This document shows positions 1 to 13,467 of a stretch of 64,000 bases of DNA, piece by piece (position 1 is the stretch's first letter; every line of letters begins with the position of its first letter). The DNA lies in NCBI RefSeq assembly GCF_009914755.1, contig NC_060928.1, one strand, 5' to 3'. The notes beneath the pieces were generated by a model. That model was not told where the DNA came from. It worked only from the letters and a program-made list of their open reading frames with translations, and searched no databases. A program made the position numbers and the translations under genes. Source of the DNA: the human T2T-CHM13v2.0 reference genome, Homo sapiens.

Positions 1-965
1 ATTTTGAAGAGAGTTACTAAGTTGGATGAGCTTTTATTACCTGAATTCAAAACATAATAATGATTCTTTAACCAAGATAATGATATATTTGCATAAGCAC
101 AGACATTTAAATCAACAGAATTCAGAAATTGATCCATGAATACAGCCAATTAAATTTAAAGAAATAAAACATCAAGGTAACTGAATAAGAAGTGCTATTC
201 TTAACAAATTATACAGAAAAATCTGATAAATATTTTGAAAAAAAGAATCTCAACTTTTACATCAAACAATATACCAAAATTAGTACAAAATAAGTCAAAT
301 ATTGTGGTATAAATGTACAAACTACAAAAGTTCAAAGAAAAAATATATTTGTGACATTGCAATATGCAAACACCAGCCACAAACAAACATGAAGCATAAA
401 GTTGCCGAGAAAGATAAAATCGAGCTCATAAAAAATTTTTAAAAAGTGTTCTGTATGAAAGATACCATTAAGAAAAATGAAAAACAAACCAGATACTGAG
501 AGGGAGTATTTATAAAACACACATTTGAAAATGGAATGGCAAAACAGAAAAGATTATTTTATTCACAAAAGCAAAAACGTAGAAGCTACCCAAATATGTA
601 GATATATTTGAGATATTTATTCAGCAATTTAAAGAACAAACTACTGGTAAACCACCTGTATGGAGTTCCTCAAAAGAACATTATCCTTAGAAAAAAAATG
701 ATAAAATGCATAAATACTGAATCTCTATTCATATCTACCTATTGCCTATGATTACATTCTTTCTTTCTGTTAACTATCTATCTAATTCTAAGAAAGACAT
801 ATCTCATCTACTTTGATTAAATGTTAGTCACTATAATATTATGACAATATTTTAGTGATTATTAAGGTAGTGTTAACACATGTATATAAATTTACAAATT
901 CCATCAAACTGTACAATTTAGGAATGTATTTTGTCTTGTATATATTAGGTCTTAAAGTATTTAAT
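1..965 (+). mobile_element. Ancient L1M (L1MC/L1ME-like) ORF2-end/3' fragment
   Basis: Degenerate A-rich L1 motifs (agacatttaaatcaacagaa...gaaattgatcca; aaagataccattaagaaaatgaaaa; catcaaactgtaca). Confidence 0.6.
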
Positions 966-1807
966 TAAAAAATGAGAATGTCAGTCAAAAGAGCTAATGT
1001 ACTGCAGTATAAACTCTGACCCTAAAGAAGAAATAATCTCTAAGAATAATTTGCAATACAAAATTACTAATATTATAAAATATTAAGTATACTTAATAAG
1101 ATGCACAACATACCTTTATGTAAAAGAATTGCCTATGTTTTGCATCCATTTACCTGATCTCCATATATTCTACATCTTACAATTCTGATTTTCAGAATTC
1201 CACTGAAGTGACTCATGTCACCATTATCAATTATCTAAATTTACTAAACACAGTACATATTAGTTCCTCATGCTGCTGAATCTCTCATTAAACCTCAAAG
1301 ATTCATTTGAGTTTTCTCCCTTTCTATGTTTTAACAACACTAGTGTTATATAAGGACAAAATTTTCCTACCGAATACTAAAATACATTCCAGCAATATAA
1401 AGTCACCGTAGTTTCAGATAACTTTTAAACACTTTAAGCAACTAAGCAAAATTATTAGCAGACAATTTTAAGTGTTTAAGTTTTTGCAGTTATTGAAAGA
1501 AAGTCCTATTAAATTATGCATAAAAATAGATTAAGCAAAGTGTGAAAACTCTGCTATTATCACTACAACACTTGTTCCCATATCTAGAACTTCTATGAAT
1601 AGTTGTTGAAGTAAAAACAATACATATTCAGTAACATAGCAGCAGCAGGCCATCCACTCACTCTTCAAAATAGTGATTTTTTTTAATGAACTATATCATG
1701 AATATAATAAACAGTTTGTTTTTTCTATGCCTGAGAACTCTCAACCTCTGGTCACACCACTTTTAAATTGTGACATCAAATAAATATACAGAGATGGAAA
1801 AATACTA

Positions 1808-1885
1808 TTTCCTTTTTTCCTTCCTTCTTTCTTTTCTTCTTTCCTTCCATCTCTCTGCCTCTCTGTCTCTCTCTCTTCTCTCTCT
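1808..1885. repeat. CT-rich simple repeat
   Basis: (CCTT)n/(CT)n polypyrimidine tract. Confidence 0.9.
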
Positions 1886-2089
1886 ATTTGTGGCAAGGGC
1901 CCAGTCAGGATACAATTCACCTTTTTCAAAGATTGGAACGCTGTCTTTAAAATGTATATGGTTTGCATGAAAGAAAGAAATGTATACGGTTTGCATAAAA
2001 TATATCTGTCTTTGGGATTCTAGACAAGAGAGAACCTTCTAGGTGGCAGCTTTTCCAAAGTTATTGTAAAATTCCCTGAATTAAAATGG

Positions 2090-2460
2090 TGTCTAATTTC
2101 ATTACTTGTTGCTATTGCTGAATACAATAATCTGGGTAATTTAGAAAGAAAAGAAATTTATTTCTTGTGGTTCTGGATACTGGGAAGTCCAAGGTTGAGG
2201 GGCTTCATCTGGTGAGGGACTTCCAACTGCATCATAACATGGCAGAGGGCATCACATGAAGAGAGGCCAAGAGCATGTGTGCACATCAGGTCTCTTTTCC
2301 TCTTTTTATAAAGTCATAACTCCCATTATGGGGGTCTCACCCTGATGGCCTTATCTAATCTTAATTACCTTCCAAAATCTCTACTTTCAGTCAACATATG
2401 AATTTGACAATTAAGGTTTTAACACATGAAATTTGGGGGACACATTCAAACAATAATACA
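2090..2460 (-). mobile_element. MaLR solo LTR (MSTC/MSTD/MLT1A-like)
   Basis: ctgggtaatttagaaagaaaagaaattta...gggaagtccaaggttgagggg...ggggacacattcaaacaataataca is the reverse complement of a MaLR LTR. Confidence 0.8.
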
Positions 2461-4750
2461 GGGTAATTCAAGATGATAAAGAATTAAACTTATTTCCAGC
2501 ACTTGTGTTTGTGTTTGAACTTGTGAATCAGTAAAGGTTACTGTCTCATAATGACTCTAATATGGACACTTTAGCTAAATATGTGTACATTTAGTTTCGT
2601 TAATGGGAATCTGTGGTAATGGTTATTAACATGGTCATTTGATGCACAGGAGAGTACAAAAAAGTAAAGAAACTGATAGAACATATGGAGGTTCATATGG
2701 TTGTCATTTACAATTTAATTATGCAAAATAGGAGCTGTGTATGTTACTCTGTAATAATACTTTTATTAGACAGAAGATTTATACAAATTATACAACTTTT
2801 AGTATAGGAATGACACTAAAAGTGAAGCAAACATTTTATATTAATAAGCTTTAGTGATTCCATGTAGAATAAATATATACATAAATTTGGTGAACTAAAT
2901 TAGGTGAAAAATGATATTGCTTCCTCACAGTTTTACTTAACTATTTATCTAGGTCTGTTTAATTAGAGGTAATATAAATGTAAAATATTTTCCTGAAGAA
3001 AATACATACCTATAGGATGTTATCATTTCTAGAAGAAAAAAAAATTCTTGTTCTACTAAAAAAGTATACTTTACAAGTTATTCCAAAATTTTATCACCTA
3101 GGCAGATCGATTTAATTAGTTCTGTTGTAATTATTGTTAGTATTATTACCATATTAAACAAAATTATTTCTCTAAGTCTATAGGTAAACTGCTATATTTT
3201 TAAGAATATTGACCAGACTTAATTAATGCTAATGATGATATGTTGAGGAAATCACCCAGACAAATTATTCTAGATAATTCATTGCTAAAGAAATTGTGAT
3301 TTAGTATATGACCAATTTAGCAATCTGTATTTATAGGACACAGGATTCACTGATTTTTATATTGTTTTAAGCCATGCTAACTGCCTGATTTCTCTGTAAA
3401 TTTACTATATCACAAATTTTAAGTTGCTTGATGTGGTTAAAAATATTATTTACAATTAACATTTTATTAGTATAACATAACAATCATAATTTCTGTTCAA
3501 CTATCAATACCCTTAAAATATAGCATAGAATTTTTTAAATGACTGTTAATATATCATATTAATTATATTAATAGTATATGAATGTTAATAAATATTGCTT
3601 ATTTTATGTATATAACTATTAAATAATACAAAAATAATATACATTTTGTATAATAATACTCTATTTTCATTTACATCTGTTGTTCTTCACAGGATATCAG
3701 GTTAAATATAAATAAAATATATTGATAATTTTATTTCAATTAATTCCAAAAATACTTTTTTATATCATTTTATTAATATAATTTTACCTAAATATATAAA
3801 AATTCATTGACAAATACGGAAGTTATTTAAAATTTGAAGAACTGCAATTGAAAAAGATATGAGAAAAAACACTATCTTCTTCAAAATTTATCTTAATTAA
3901 CAGGACACTTGAAAGTTACATTTGGTGGTAGCTAATTATGTCTTTCATTGGTTTGACCTATTTCCCATTACTTTTTGAACTGTTCTCCTTTATTCCTCAA
4001 TGTCTCACAACCCATCTTAAGAATTTGTGAATCTGGTACTCCTGCCTCGTAAATATGCTTTAGAATATCAAATTATTAGATTACGTCCAGTGGTGTAGAT
4101 TATTTAGATAAGTAGGCACTTCTGGCACTAAAGAATATCTTTAGTGGTTTCCAAACTATGCTCAAAGTCTAAGATGAGAAGTTATATTTTCTCCAAAGTT
4201 TTCCCAATTTGATGACAATCACATTAGACTCACAGTCACACTTTCCCAATGGCTTATAAATGTATAGCGTAATAATTTTAAGGTAGGTAACAACTTGATT
4301 ATTCACGTCTTTACATTTCACTAAACTATAACCATGCTCATGTCACCAAATGTTTTATCAAAATCCTGTCATGATCATAGACTTGTTATGTTTAAAAAGC
4401 TATGAACTCTACAGTGAAAATTTTGTGGCTTGGGGAGACATATGGAAACACACAGAAAAATATTTTTGTGTGAATGAAATTAAAAGAACAAAATAAAGAA
4501 AACCTTTATGGTAATTAATTCAAGCAATAATTTTTAAACACTAGACATAAAAATTCAGTAATATAATTAAAAATTCTCAACTTTAACTTTTAGTTGATAA
4601 TGATGTCTATGTATTTATTTGAATATTATATCACTTGAATGTAACTACAATTGAAGAAAAAAGCTGTTTCCTTGAATGTTTTCTATTTAGACATGTAGAA
4701 AGATAGGAAGTATTATCTTGCCATCTATAAGAAAGTAAAACATATTTTTT

Positions 4751-5433
4751 ATGAAAAATAAAAGTAAAATTCTAAGCCCCTAATTTTCTGAATGGACCCC
4801 CTCTTGGCCAAGGGAACCTCAGAGAAACCTTGAAAGTTGTGGTGTAAGTTTTGATGAAAGAAAAACATTCAACAAATTAATGTCAACAGAATTTAACAAG
4901 TGAAAAATAGGGAATGACTTATTTACCATATATTTACCCCTCCTCTTCCCATTACTTCCCCTTCTGTCCAGAAGTCCAAAATCACTTTTCTTCTGTTTAG
5001 CCTAACATATATATTAGCCTCAGTCATGGCTACCTACTTGAGTCTCATTACTTTGTAAAACTCCTATGCATAATTAAACTGTTTTTTCTTCTTTAAGGGC
5101 TAAACAGATACCTGCATTTTCAAAGGCCTACTAGCTTATCTTCCCAGGTACAGAAAAAGACAAGATGAGATTAATAATTCCTTTGAACTTCCCTAATGCA
5201 GGCCTTATCTTATATAAAACATAGATTTACCATGCAGTAACTAAATTCTCACAAGTATGTAATCATTTGCCCCACTGCAACTTCCCCCCTCTGTTTTTAA
5301 AGAAAATGTATAAATACTAAACTTTCTGAAAACGTTTTTGGGAAAAAACAACCACAGACGCTGCACCTACAAGATGGCTCAATAAACTTCAATAATTTGA
5401 TACTTACATCTCCATCACTCATTTTGGTTGGCA
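4751..5433 (+). mobile_element. ERV1 MER4-group LTR, interrupted at 4835-5087
   Basis: Start aaaattctaagcccc...tgaatggaccccctcttggccaaggg; aataaa at ~5380; end cactcattttggttggca. Confidence 0.65.
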
Positions 5434-5819
5434 ATGACATTTCCACTATTATGTACTTATTTAAAACAGTATTTTAATTTTGTTCTCTAAATTTCATCAG
5501 AGAATTTAAGGTCAATTTTTAATACTATTATTAATAAATGCTGCTCTTAATTTCCACCCTGTAGGATTTGATGTTTAAAAAAATCTAAAACCTCATACCA
5601 ACAAATCTAGTTTGCAATTGCTTGTGGTAGAAATAAATGGATTTCATGAATGGTTACCGAAAGAGAAAGCACAGTGTGAAGTAAATCTTATTTTGACTTT
5701 AATGTTGAATCAGTATGTTTTCAGAATATCAATTGCTATTTTGCTAAGTTAGAAAAAGATTAGCTCACACTAATTCTACTACAATAAATAGATAATACAA
5801 ATGTCAAACAATAATTGTT

Positions 5820-6731
5820 TTTTATTATTATTATTTTACTTTAAGTTTTAGGGTACATGTGCACATTGTGCAGGTTAGTTACATGTGTATACATGTGCCA
5901 TGCTGGTGTGCTGCACCCATTAACTCATCATTTAGCATTAGGTATATCTCCTAATGCTATCCCTCCCAACTCCCCCCACCCCACAACAGGCCCCAGAGTG
6001 TGATGTTCCCCTTCCTGTGTCCATGTGTTCTCATTGTTCAATTCCCATCTATGAGTGAGAATATGCAGTGTTTGGTTTTTTGTCCTTGCAATAGTTTACT
6101 GAGAATGATGATTTCCAATTTCATCCATGTCCCTACAAAGGACATGAACTCATCATTTTTTATGGCTGCATAGTATTCCATGGTGTATATGTGCCACATT
6201 TTCTTGATACAGTCTATCATTGTTGGACATTTGGGTTGGTTCCAAGTCTTTGCTATTGTGAATAGTGCTGCAATAAACATACGTGTGCATGTGTCTTTAT
6301 AGCAGCATGATTTATAGTCCTTTGGGTATATACCCAGTAATGGGATGGCTGGGTCAAATGGTATTTCTAGTTCTAGATCCTTGAGGAATCGCCACACTGT
6401 CTACCACAATGGTTGAACTAGTTTACAGTCCCACCAACAGTGTAAAAGTGTTCCTATTTCTCCACATCCTCTCCAGCACCTGTTGTTTCCTGACTTTTTA
6501 ATGATTGCCATTCTAACTGGTGTGAGATGGTATCTCACTGTGGTTTTGATTTGCATTTCTCTGATGGCCAGTGATGATGAGCATTTTTTCATGTGTCTTT
6601 TGGCTGCATAAATGTCTTCTTCTGAGAAGTGTCTGTTCATGTCCTTTGCCCACTTTTTGATGGGGTTGTTTGTTTTTTTCTTGTAAATTTGTTTGAGTTC
6701 ATTGTAGATTCTGGATATTAGCCCTTTGTCA
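5820..6731 (-). mobile_element. 5'-truncated L1PA (~L1PA3), ORF2 C-terminus + 3'UTR
   Basis: ORF2 C-terminal peptide ([18 protein letters not shown]), L1 3'UTR, T-rich tail; TSD AATTGTT at 5813-5819 and 6731-6737. Confidence 0.97.
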
Positions 6732-6817
6732 ATTGTTAACGACTTTGAACTAGACAGCAGAGTAACTATGCTTGTAGTGAAACCGACAAAAGAATTACAG
6801 AAATCTGTCAACTGCAT

Positions 6818-7095
6818 TGTAGGGGAGGAAAATATCTTTTTTCTTTACCTATCTTCGGTTCATTTGCTTCAGTGCCAGAAATTAAACTGACTACACACAA
6901 ATTAACAAAAAAAAGTTTGATTATGCATAGGAGTTTCACAAAGTAATGAAACTCATGTAGGTGGTAGGTGGCCATGACTGAGGCTAATACATATGTTAGG
7001 CTAAGAAGGTGAAGAAAAGTGATTTTGAACTTCTGGACAGAAGACGACGTAATGCGAACAGGAAGGGTAAATATATGGAAAATAAGTCATTCCCT
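6818..7095 (-). mobile_element. ERV1 LTR fragment (MER31/MER67-like)
   Basis: Starts tgtaggggaggaaaa; similar to the LTR ends at 12688 and 29524. Confidence 0.6.
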
Positions 7096-7333
7096 ATTTT
7101 CCACTCATTAAATTCTGTTGAAGTTGTTTAAACTTTTTCTTTGATCAACACTTACACCACAACTGAAGTTTTTTTGGTAGTTTTTAATCAAAACAAAACA
7201 TGCTATTATAAGAACATAAAGTGCTTTAAATGTTTTCAGAAAATATTTTCTGAAAATGCCTTCAGATACAAATGTATCTTTGTCATAGTTGCCATACTAA
7301 CATCACAACTGAACTTTCATTTTGTAATTCAAC

Positions 7334-7369
7334 CTCTCTCTCTCTCTCTATATATATAATATATATATG
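7334..7369. repeat. (CT)n(AT)n microsatellite
   Basis: Direct reading. Confidence 0.9.
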
Positions 7370-8129
7370 TAGACAATCTGATATTGTCTATTCTGAAACA
7401 CTCTCCCCGTGATAATAATGTGGTCCTCAATGATTTTCTTCACATAAATCTGATGGATCTTTATTCTAAACAACTTCTACTTATATTCTCTGTTAAAGAA
7501 GAGTTTTCTCCATCTTTTACCTTCTTTTCTTTAGGACTTTTAATCAGAACATGTCCTTTTCCCTAAGACAGAGACTATTACGTTCTGGAATTCACTATCT
7601 TCTCTCCTAGTGGCCATAGTTATTTACTCAAAGCTAAATCTGCCTCCCCCATTGAGCATGAGACACACAAACATCTTGAAGAAGAATGCCTGTAACACCT
7701 TCTTCCTTTCCTTAAACCCTGCTTTTGAAACAGCATGCCCCACTGTAGTCTGTCATTCACATTTTTGCCCACTGTGCTTTCCAAGATAAAATATCTTACT
7801 GGTAACATACTTCCTGAATCTTAATTATTTCTTGAGTTAAGTGTACTTCCCTGGGCATGGGTGCTGACCAGTATTCCATACTAAGAATATTTACTGTGAG
7901 TTCTATAGGGACTGGTTCACTTTTATTTTTCACGTCCTGCTTCAAATTAACCATGATGTACTTTGAAAGCTTCGTGTTTTTGAACATGTGTTTCAGTTTG
8001 CTGCTAAAGGCCACATTGCACTCATGTGTGAACTTTGACAACACAGCTTTTTTAGCATCAACTGAGGCAATTTTTCCAACAAAAAATCTTCTTGTCAAAT
8101 TTTTTTTTAATAGAATGTTTCAAATACAT

Positions 8130-10189
8130 TGATATGGTTTGGCTCTGTAACAAAGAAAATTGCTACCAGGACCATTGCTATAATGACATCTGAAAATGTC
8201 AAAGCAGCTTTGGAATTGGGTAATGGGAGGAGGTTGGAAGACTTTGGAGGGCTCAGATAGAAGACCAAAAGATGAGCAGAGTTTGGAACTTTCTAGAGAC
8301 TTGTTGAATAGTTGTGACCAAAACGCTGATAGTAACATGGACAGTGAAGTTCAGGCTGAGGTGGTCTCTGAGGGACATGAGGAACTTATTGGAAAATGAA
8401 GTAAAAGTCACTCTTGCTATGCTTTATCACAGACACTGGCAGCATTGTGCCCCTGCTCTAGCGATCTGTGGAACTCTGAACTTGAGAGAGATAATTTAGG
8501 GTATCTGATGGAAGAAATTTCTAAGCAGCAAAGCATTCAAGATTTAACCTGGCTGCTTCTAGTAGCATATGTTCATATGTGTGAGCTAAGAGATGATCTG
8601 AAACTGGAAATTGTATTGAAAAAGGAAGCAGAGCATACAAGTTTGGAAAATTTGAAGCCTGATCATGTGAGAGAAAAGAAAAACCCATTTTTAGGGGAGG
8701 AACTCAAGCCAACCATGGAAATTTGCTTAAGTAAAGAGAAGCTGCATATTAATAGCCAAGACAATGAGGAAAATGCCTGGAAGGCCTTTCAGAGACCTTC
8801 ATGGCAACCCTTCCCATCACAGGCATGGAGTTCTAGGAGGAAAAAATGGTTTCCTGGGCCAGGCCCAGGCCCAGGTACCTATTGCCCTGTGCAATCTCAG
8901 AGCACTGTTTGTTGTGTCCCAGATGCTCCAACTCTAGCCACAGATAAAAAAGTTCCAGATATATCTCAGGCCACTCCTCCAGAAGGTCCAAGCCTTAAGC
9001 CTTGGTGACTTCCATGTGGTGTTAAGCCCGCAAATGCACAGAGGGAAACAGTTGAGGCTTGGGATTTCAGATCCTAAGATTTCAGAGGATATAAAGAAAC
9101 ACCCAGATGTTCAGGTAGAAGTATGGTACAGGGGTAGAGCCCTCATGGATAACCTCTACTAAAGAAGTGCAGAGGGGAAACGTGGAGTTGGAGCCCCCAC
9201 AAATGGCCCCCACTGGGGCACTGCCTATTGGAGCTGTGAGGAAAGAGCCACGATCCTCAAGAACCCAGAATGGTAGATGCACAAACAGCTTGCATCATGC
9301 ACCTGATAAAGCTGCAGACACTCAACGCCAGTCTGTGAAAGCAGCTGTGGGGGCTTTACCCTGTAGGGCCAGAGGGGCAGAGCTTCCCAAGGCCTTGTGA
9401 GCCCAGTCCTTGCATCGATGTTGCCTGGATGTGAGACATGTAGTCCAAGGTGATAGTTTTGGAGTGTTAAGATGTAATGACTGCCCTGCTGGGTTTCAGA
9501 CTTTCATGGGTCCTGTTGCCCCTTTGTTTTGCCCAATTTCTCCCTTTTGGATTGGGAGTGTTTGCCCAATGCCTGTGCCACCATTGTATTTTGGAAGTAA
9601 CTAGTAACTTGTTTTTAATTTTTCAGGTTTATAGGTGAAAGGGACTTGCTTAGTCTCAGACGAGGCTTTGGACTTGGACTTTTGAATTCATGCTAAAATG
9701 AGTTAAGACATTGGGGGACTGTTGGGAAGGCACAATTGTGTTTTAAAATGTGAGAGAAATGTGAGATGGGGGAGGGGCCAAGGGAGGAATAATATGGTTT
9801 TCTCTGTGTCCCCACTCATATCTCATGTTGGATTATAATCCCCATCATTGGAGGTGGGGCCTGATGGGAGGTGATTGGATCATGGGGGTGGTTTTTTATG
9901 GCTTAGCACTATCCCCCTAGCGCTGTCTTGTGACAGAGTTCTCACTAGATCTGTTTTTTTAAAAATGTGTAGCACCTCCTCCTCCACTATCTTCCTCCTG
10001 CTTGAGCCATGCAAGATGTGCTTGCTTTCACTTTGACTTCCGCCATGATTGAAAGTTTCTTGAGGCCTCCCCAGCCACACTTCCTATAGAGCCTATGGCA
10101 TTGTGAGTAAATTAAATCTTTTTTAAAAAATAAATTAATGTATTTAAAATTAATAGTTCTTTATAGCCATGCAAGAACAGACTAATGCA
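8130..10189 (+). mobile_element. MSTA (ERVL-MaLR) provirus: collapsed 5' LTR, MST-int, full 3' LTR (9790-10189)
   Basis: MST internal sequence (ORF 8445-9008 LWNSELERDNLGYL.EEISKQQS), purine tract before 9790, LTR end gactaatgca, 5-bp TSD TACAT at 8125-8129 and 10190-10194. Confidence 0.93.
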
Positions 10190-11106
10190 TACATCTTTAT
10201 TGGGAAGGAACCTAAATATTATCTTAATCTTGTCCAGGATCCTTTCTAGCTCTTTGTTCACTGTTTCTTTTTAGCTCACTTCTAACTTTGAATCAACATA
10301 CTTTGTGATGAGGTCTGCAGGCTTTTTTGGTCTCTTGTTGGTCTCTGTTGAAGAACATCTGGAAGTACCCCATCAGGTTGAAAAATCTCTCATTCTTCTA
10401 GCAAATCTTTGTCATGTGGCCCCCTTTGTCCTTGAAGTCCAGCAGGTCAGCAGGTCTTGTACCACATATTTGTATTTCTCAGGATTTGTGACAATTGTTG
10501 TCCTCAAAGTCTTGATGTATTCACTCTGATGTTACAGCAGCAACTTCTGCCTGCCTTTCACCCGGCTGAACAGTTGATTTCTCTGTGGAAGATTGAGCGC
10601 TTTGTGCTCATCAAGTAAGTAGTCAGGCTTTTTCTGCAGAATTGCTGTAAAATGTTCTCCTAATAGCTGTTTCTCCACAAAAGCAATCAGTGATTTCTAT
10701 GTTCTGTCTTCTAAATATGTAATTACTGAGTCTCCTTATTCTTCCAAATGTCTACTTATGTGGTTAAGATATTCTAGATCATCTCTTTCTTGAATTAACC
10801 TTTGGCCTTCTGTAGCATGTAAACAATGAGTCTCTTCCAAACATTTCAGTTTAAATGAATCTTTATGTAACTGAAGATGAGAGAGCATATCTGTAAATTT
10901 ATAATAAGCTTCTGTCTAGGGCTTCATGATCTTTCTCTCATTCAATTAATGGAAGAATGATATCAATGATTTTACTCCAATCCATTTCATCACTAATAAT
11001 ATAGTTTCTAAATATTTTCATCTCATATCCCAGACAGAAGGAAGGCTGGAGCTCTGATGTACAAAAGTGTGATTAAAAAACAAGAAAATGCTTCTAATCA
11101 TGATCA

Positions 11107-11496
<390 letters not shown>

Positions 11497-11647
11497 CTAT
11501 TGAGTCTTCTCCAGAGGTAAGGATTTGTACCTGTTCATAATCTTCACAGGTTTGGAGCAGCTGCTAGTAGAGTGGTAGTCTTTGTGAGAAAAAAGATTTT
11601 CATTAGGTTGTCTTACAATCCCTGGGCCACCTGGCCTCCATCCCCAT

Positions 11648-11933
11648 CATATATATGTATATATGTATATATGTGTGTATATATATGTATGTATGTATAT
11701 ATGTATATATATGTATATATGCATACATATATGTATATGTGTGTATATGTATACATGTGTACTCATATGTATATATGTGTATATGTATACATGTGTACTC
11801 ATATGTATATATGTGTATATATGTACATATATGTATATACACACATATATAACACTTATATATATAACATATATATAACTTATGTATATAACACATATAT
11901 AACACACACACTTATATATATAACAAATATATA
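11648..11933. repeat. (TA/TG/CA)n low-complexity array containing a duplicated 36-bp unit
   Basis: gtgtatatgtatacatgtgtactcatatgtatatat occurs twice from 11741. Confidence 0.95.
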
Positions 11934-12687
11934 TTTTTTTATTTATTTAATTTACCTGGACCAATATTTATGAATAACAAAAGCAGACAAATCAAGCAAC
12001 TTATTTCAGTTAGAATGGACTTAGTGAAAACAGACAACTGAACTGGTATTAGGATGTATGACAACTCACACAATTCTTCATTATCTTTCCTTAGTTTTGG
12101 TTCTTTCCACTTGCATTCATCTCTTTATTATATTTCTCAGCAAGGTGGCAATAACTAGATTATTTTCTCATGTGAGCAGATCCCAATTTAGCCAAATATT
12201 GGGCAACATACATCATATTTTTCATTTGTTACTGAGTAAACTTGAGCTAACCTTAGTTGCCATTGGTTAAAAAATTAAGGATTGACATGTATAAGAGAAC
12301 TGGTAAATGCTAACAGACAGAGAACAAGGTGTAAAAAAGTTTAGGCTTCTGTAATCTTTAGTATGAACCAAACATTAAAATTAGCCACTTAGAGAAATAT
12401 TTCTCCAAAATAAATTTTAAGTTAATAAGTAAGTATCATGGGTTGTAAATTTTTCAAAGTTTGATATTTGTCTTTATATATTATGTATAGTTTTTATATT
12501 TGGTTGGTGGGTTAGCTTATCTCTTTAAAGTCAAATAATTCTTTTTCAATTGCTTCTGGATTTTTAAGTTGTAAGAAAATGTTTTCACTTCTTGAATGTG
12601 TTAGAAAATTTCTGTAATAACTAAATTAAAGTCAATTGTAAAATTAAAACAAAGCATTGTGAAAGAAGTAAATAAATACAAAGCAAT

Positions 12688-13190
12688 TGTAGAAGAGTAA
12701 AAAATATATTTTATGTCTACCCTTCTAAGTTCTTGGCTAGGTGTCCTGTATCAAAAGAAATTAGAAGGAGAAAAGTGTACAACTTTAATTAATGTAAGTT
12801 TTACATTACATGGGAATCTTTATAAGGAAATGAAAAGCTGAAGAAACAGATAAACCTGAGTGTCTTTAAGTTAGATTTAAAGAGGTTTAGGGAGTCATGG
12901 GAAAATGTCATTGGACCAAAAGATCTATGAGTTACTAGTAGTAAACTAAGGGGAATTTAACAAAAGCTGTTCTTTTAGATTCTTCTTGGCATTTCTCCAT
13001 TTTCAGAGATAAGGTTGCTCCTTTCCTCTGGGCATAAGGAGGGCACCTCTCATTAGGGAGTCTTAAGACCTGCTTCAGGGGAAGGTCACAGAGTCCTGCT
13101 AGCACCTACCATTTCTCAAATTTCTTCTGCTTAAAAAATTAAATAGGCCAAGATGTCATAATTTGGGGTACTATGTCATGAACCCCATCA
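12688..13190 (-). mobile_element. ERV1 solo LTR (MER31-like)
   Basis: TG...CA ends; 4-bp TSD CAAT at 12684-12687 and 13191-13194. Confidence 0.8.
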
Positions 13191-13204
13191 CAATATTCTT
13201 ATTT

Positions 13205-13467
13205 AAATAATACTAGCTAGTAATTCCCAAAAAATTTCTGTGTGATAGGATTCATGTTAAATCTTTTGTCTGGATTATCACATATATTCCTTATATTATA
13301 ATAAAATCATATGGCAGATTATTGTACTGCCTCCTTTTACACATGAAGACAGCAAGGCTAAAAGATTTAAGTTGCCCCCAAAATAACTTGCTAGACATGA
13401 CAGAAATAGAATTTGGAACTTTGTGTCAGACTCCATAGTCCACATGCATAATTATACCCCATTGCCC
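13205..13467 (-). mobile_element. MIR
   Basis: Core ttttacacatgaagacagcaaggctaaaaga...tgtcagactccatagtcc. Confidence 0.7.

Noticed and set aside
7796-8098. 100-aa cullin-like ORF as a functional gene
   Set aside because: Non-ATG start, fragment of a heavily disrupted retrocopy, flanked by stops and frameshifts.
8445-9604. 187-aa and neighbouring ORFs
   Set aside because: Decayed MST-int (MaLR) internal ORF remnants.
10826-10837. 12-bp match (caatgagtctct) to the orphan insert at 57131-57160
   Set aside because: Too short and too distant (46 kb) to distinguish from chance.
11572-11973. Y/I/C/M/H-rich ORFs
   Set aside because: Translation of a TA/TG microsatellite.
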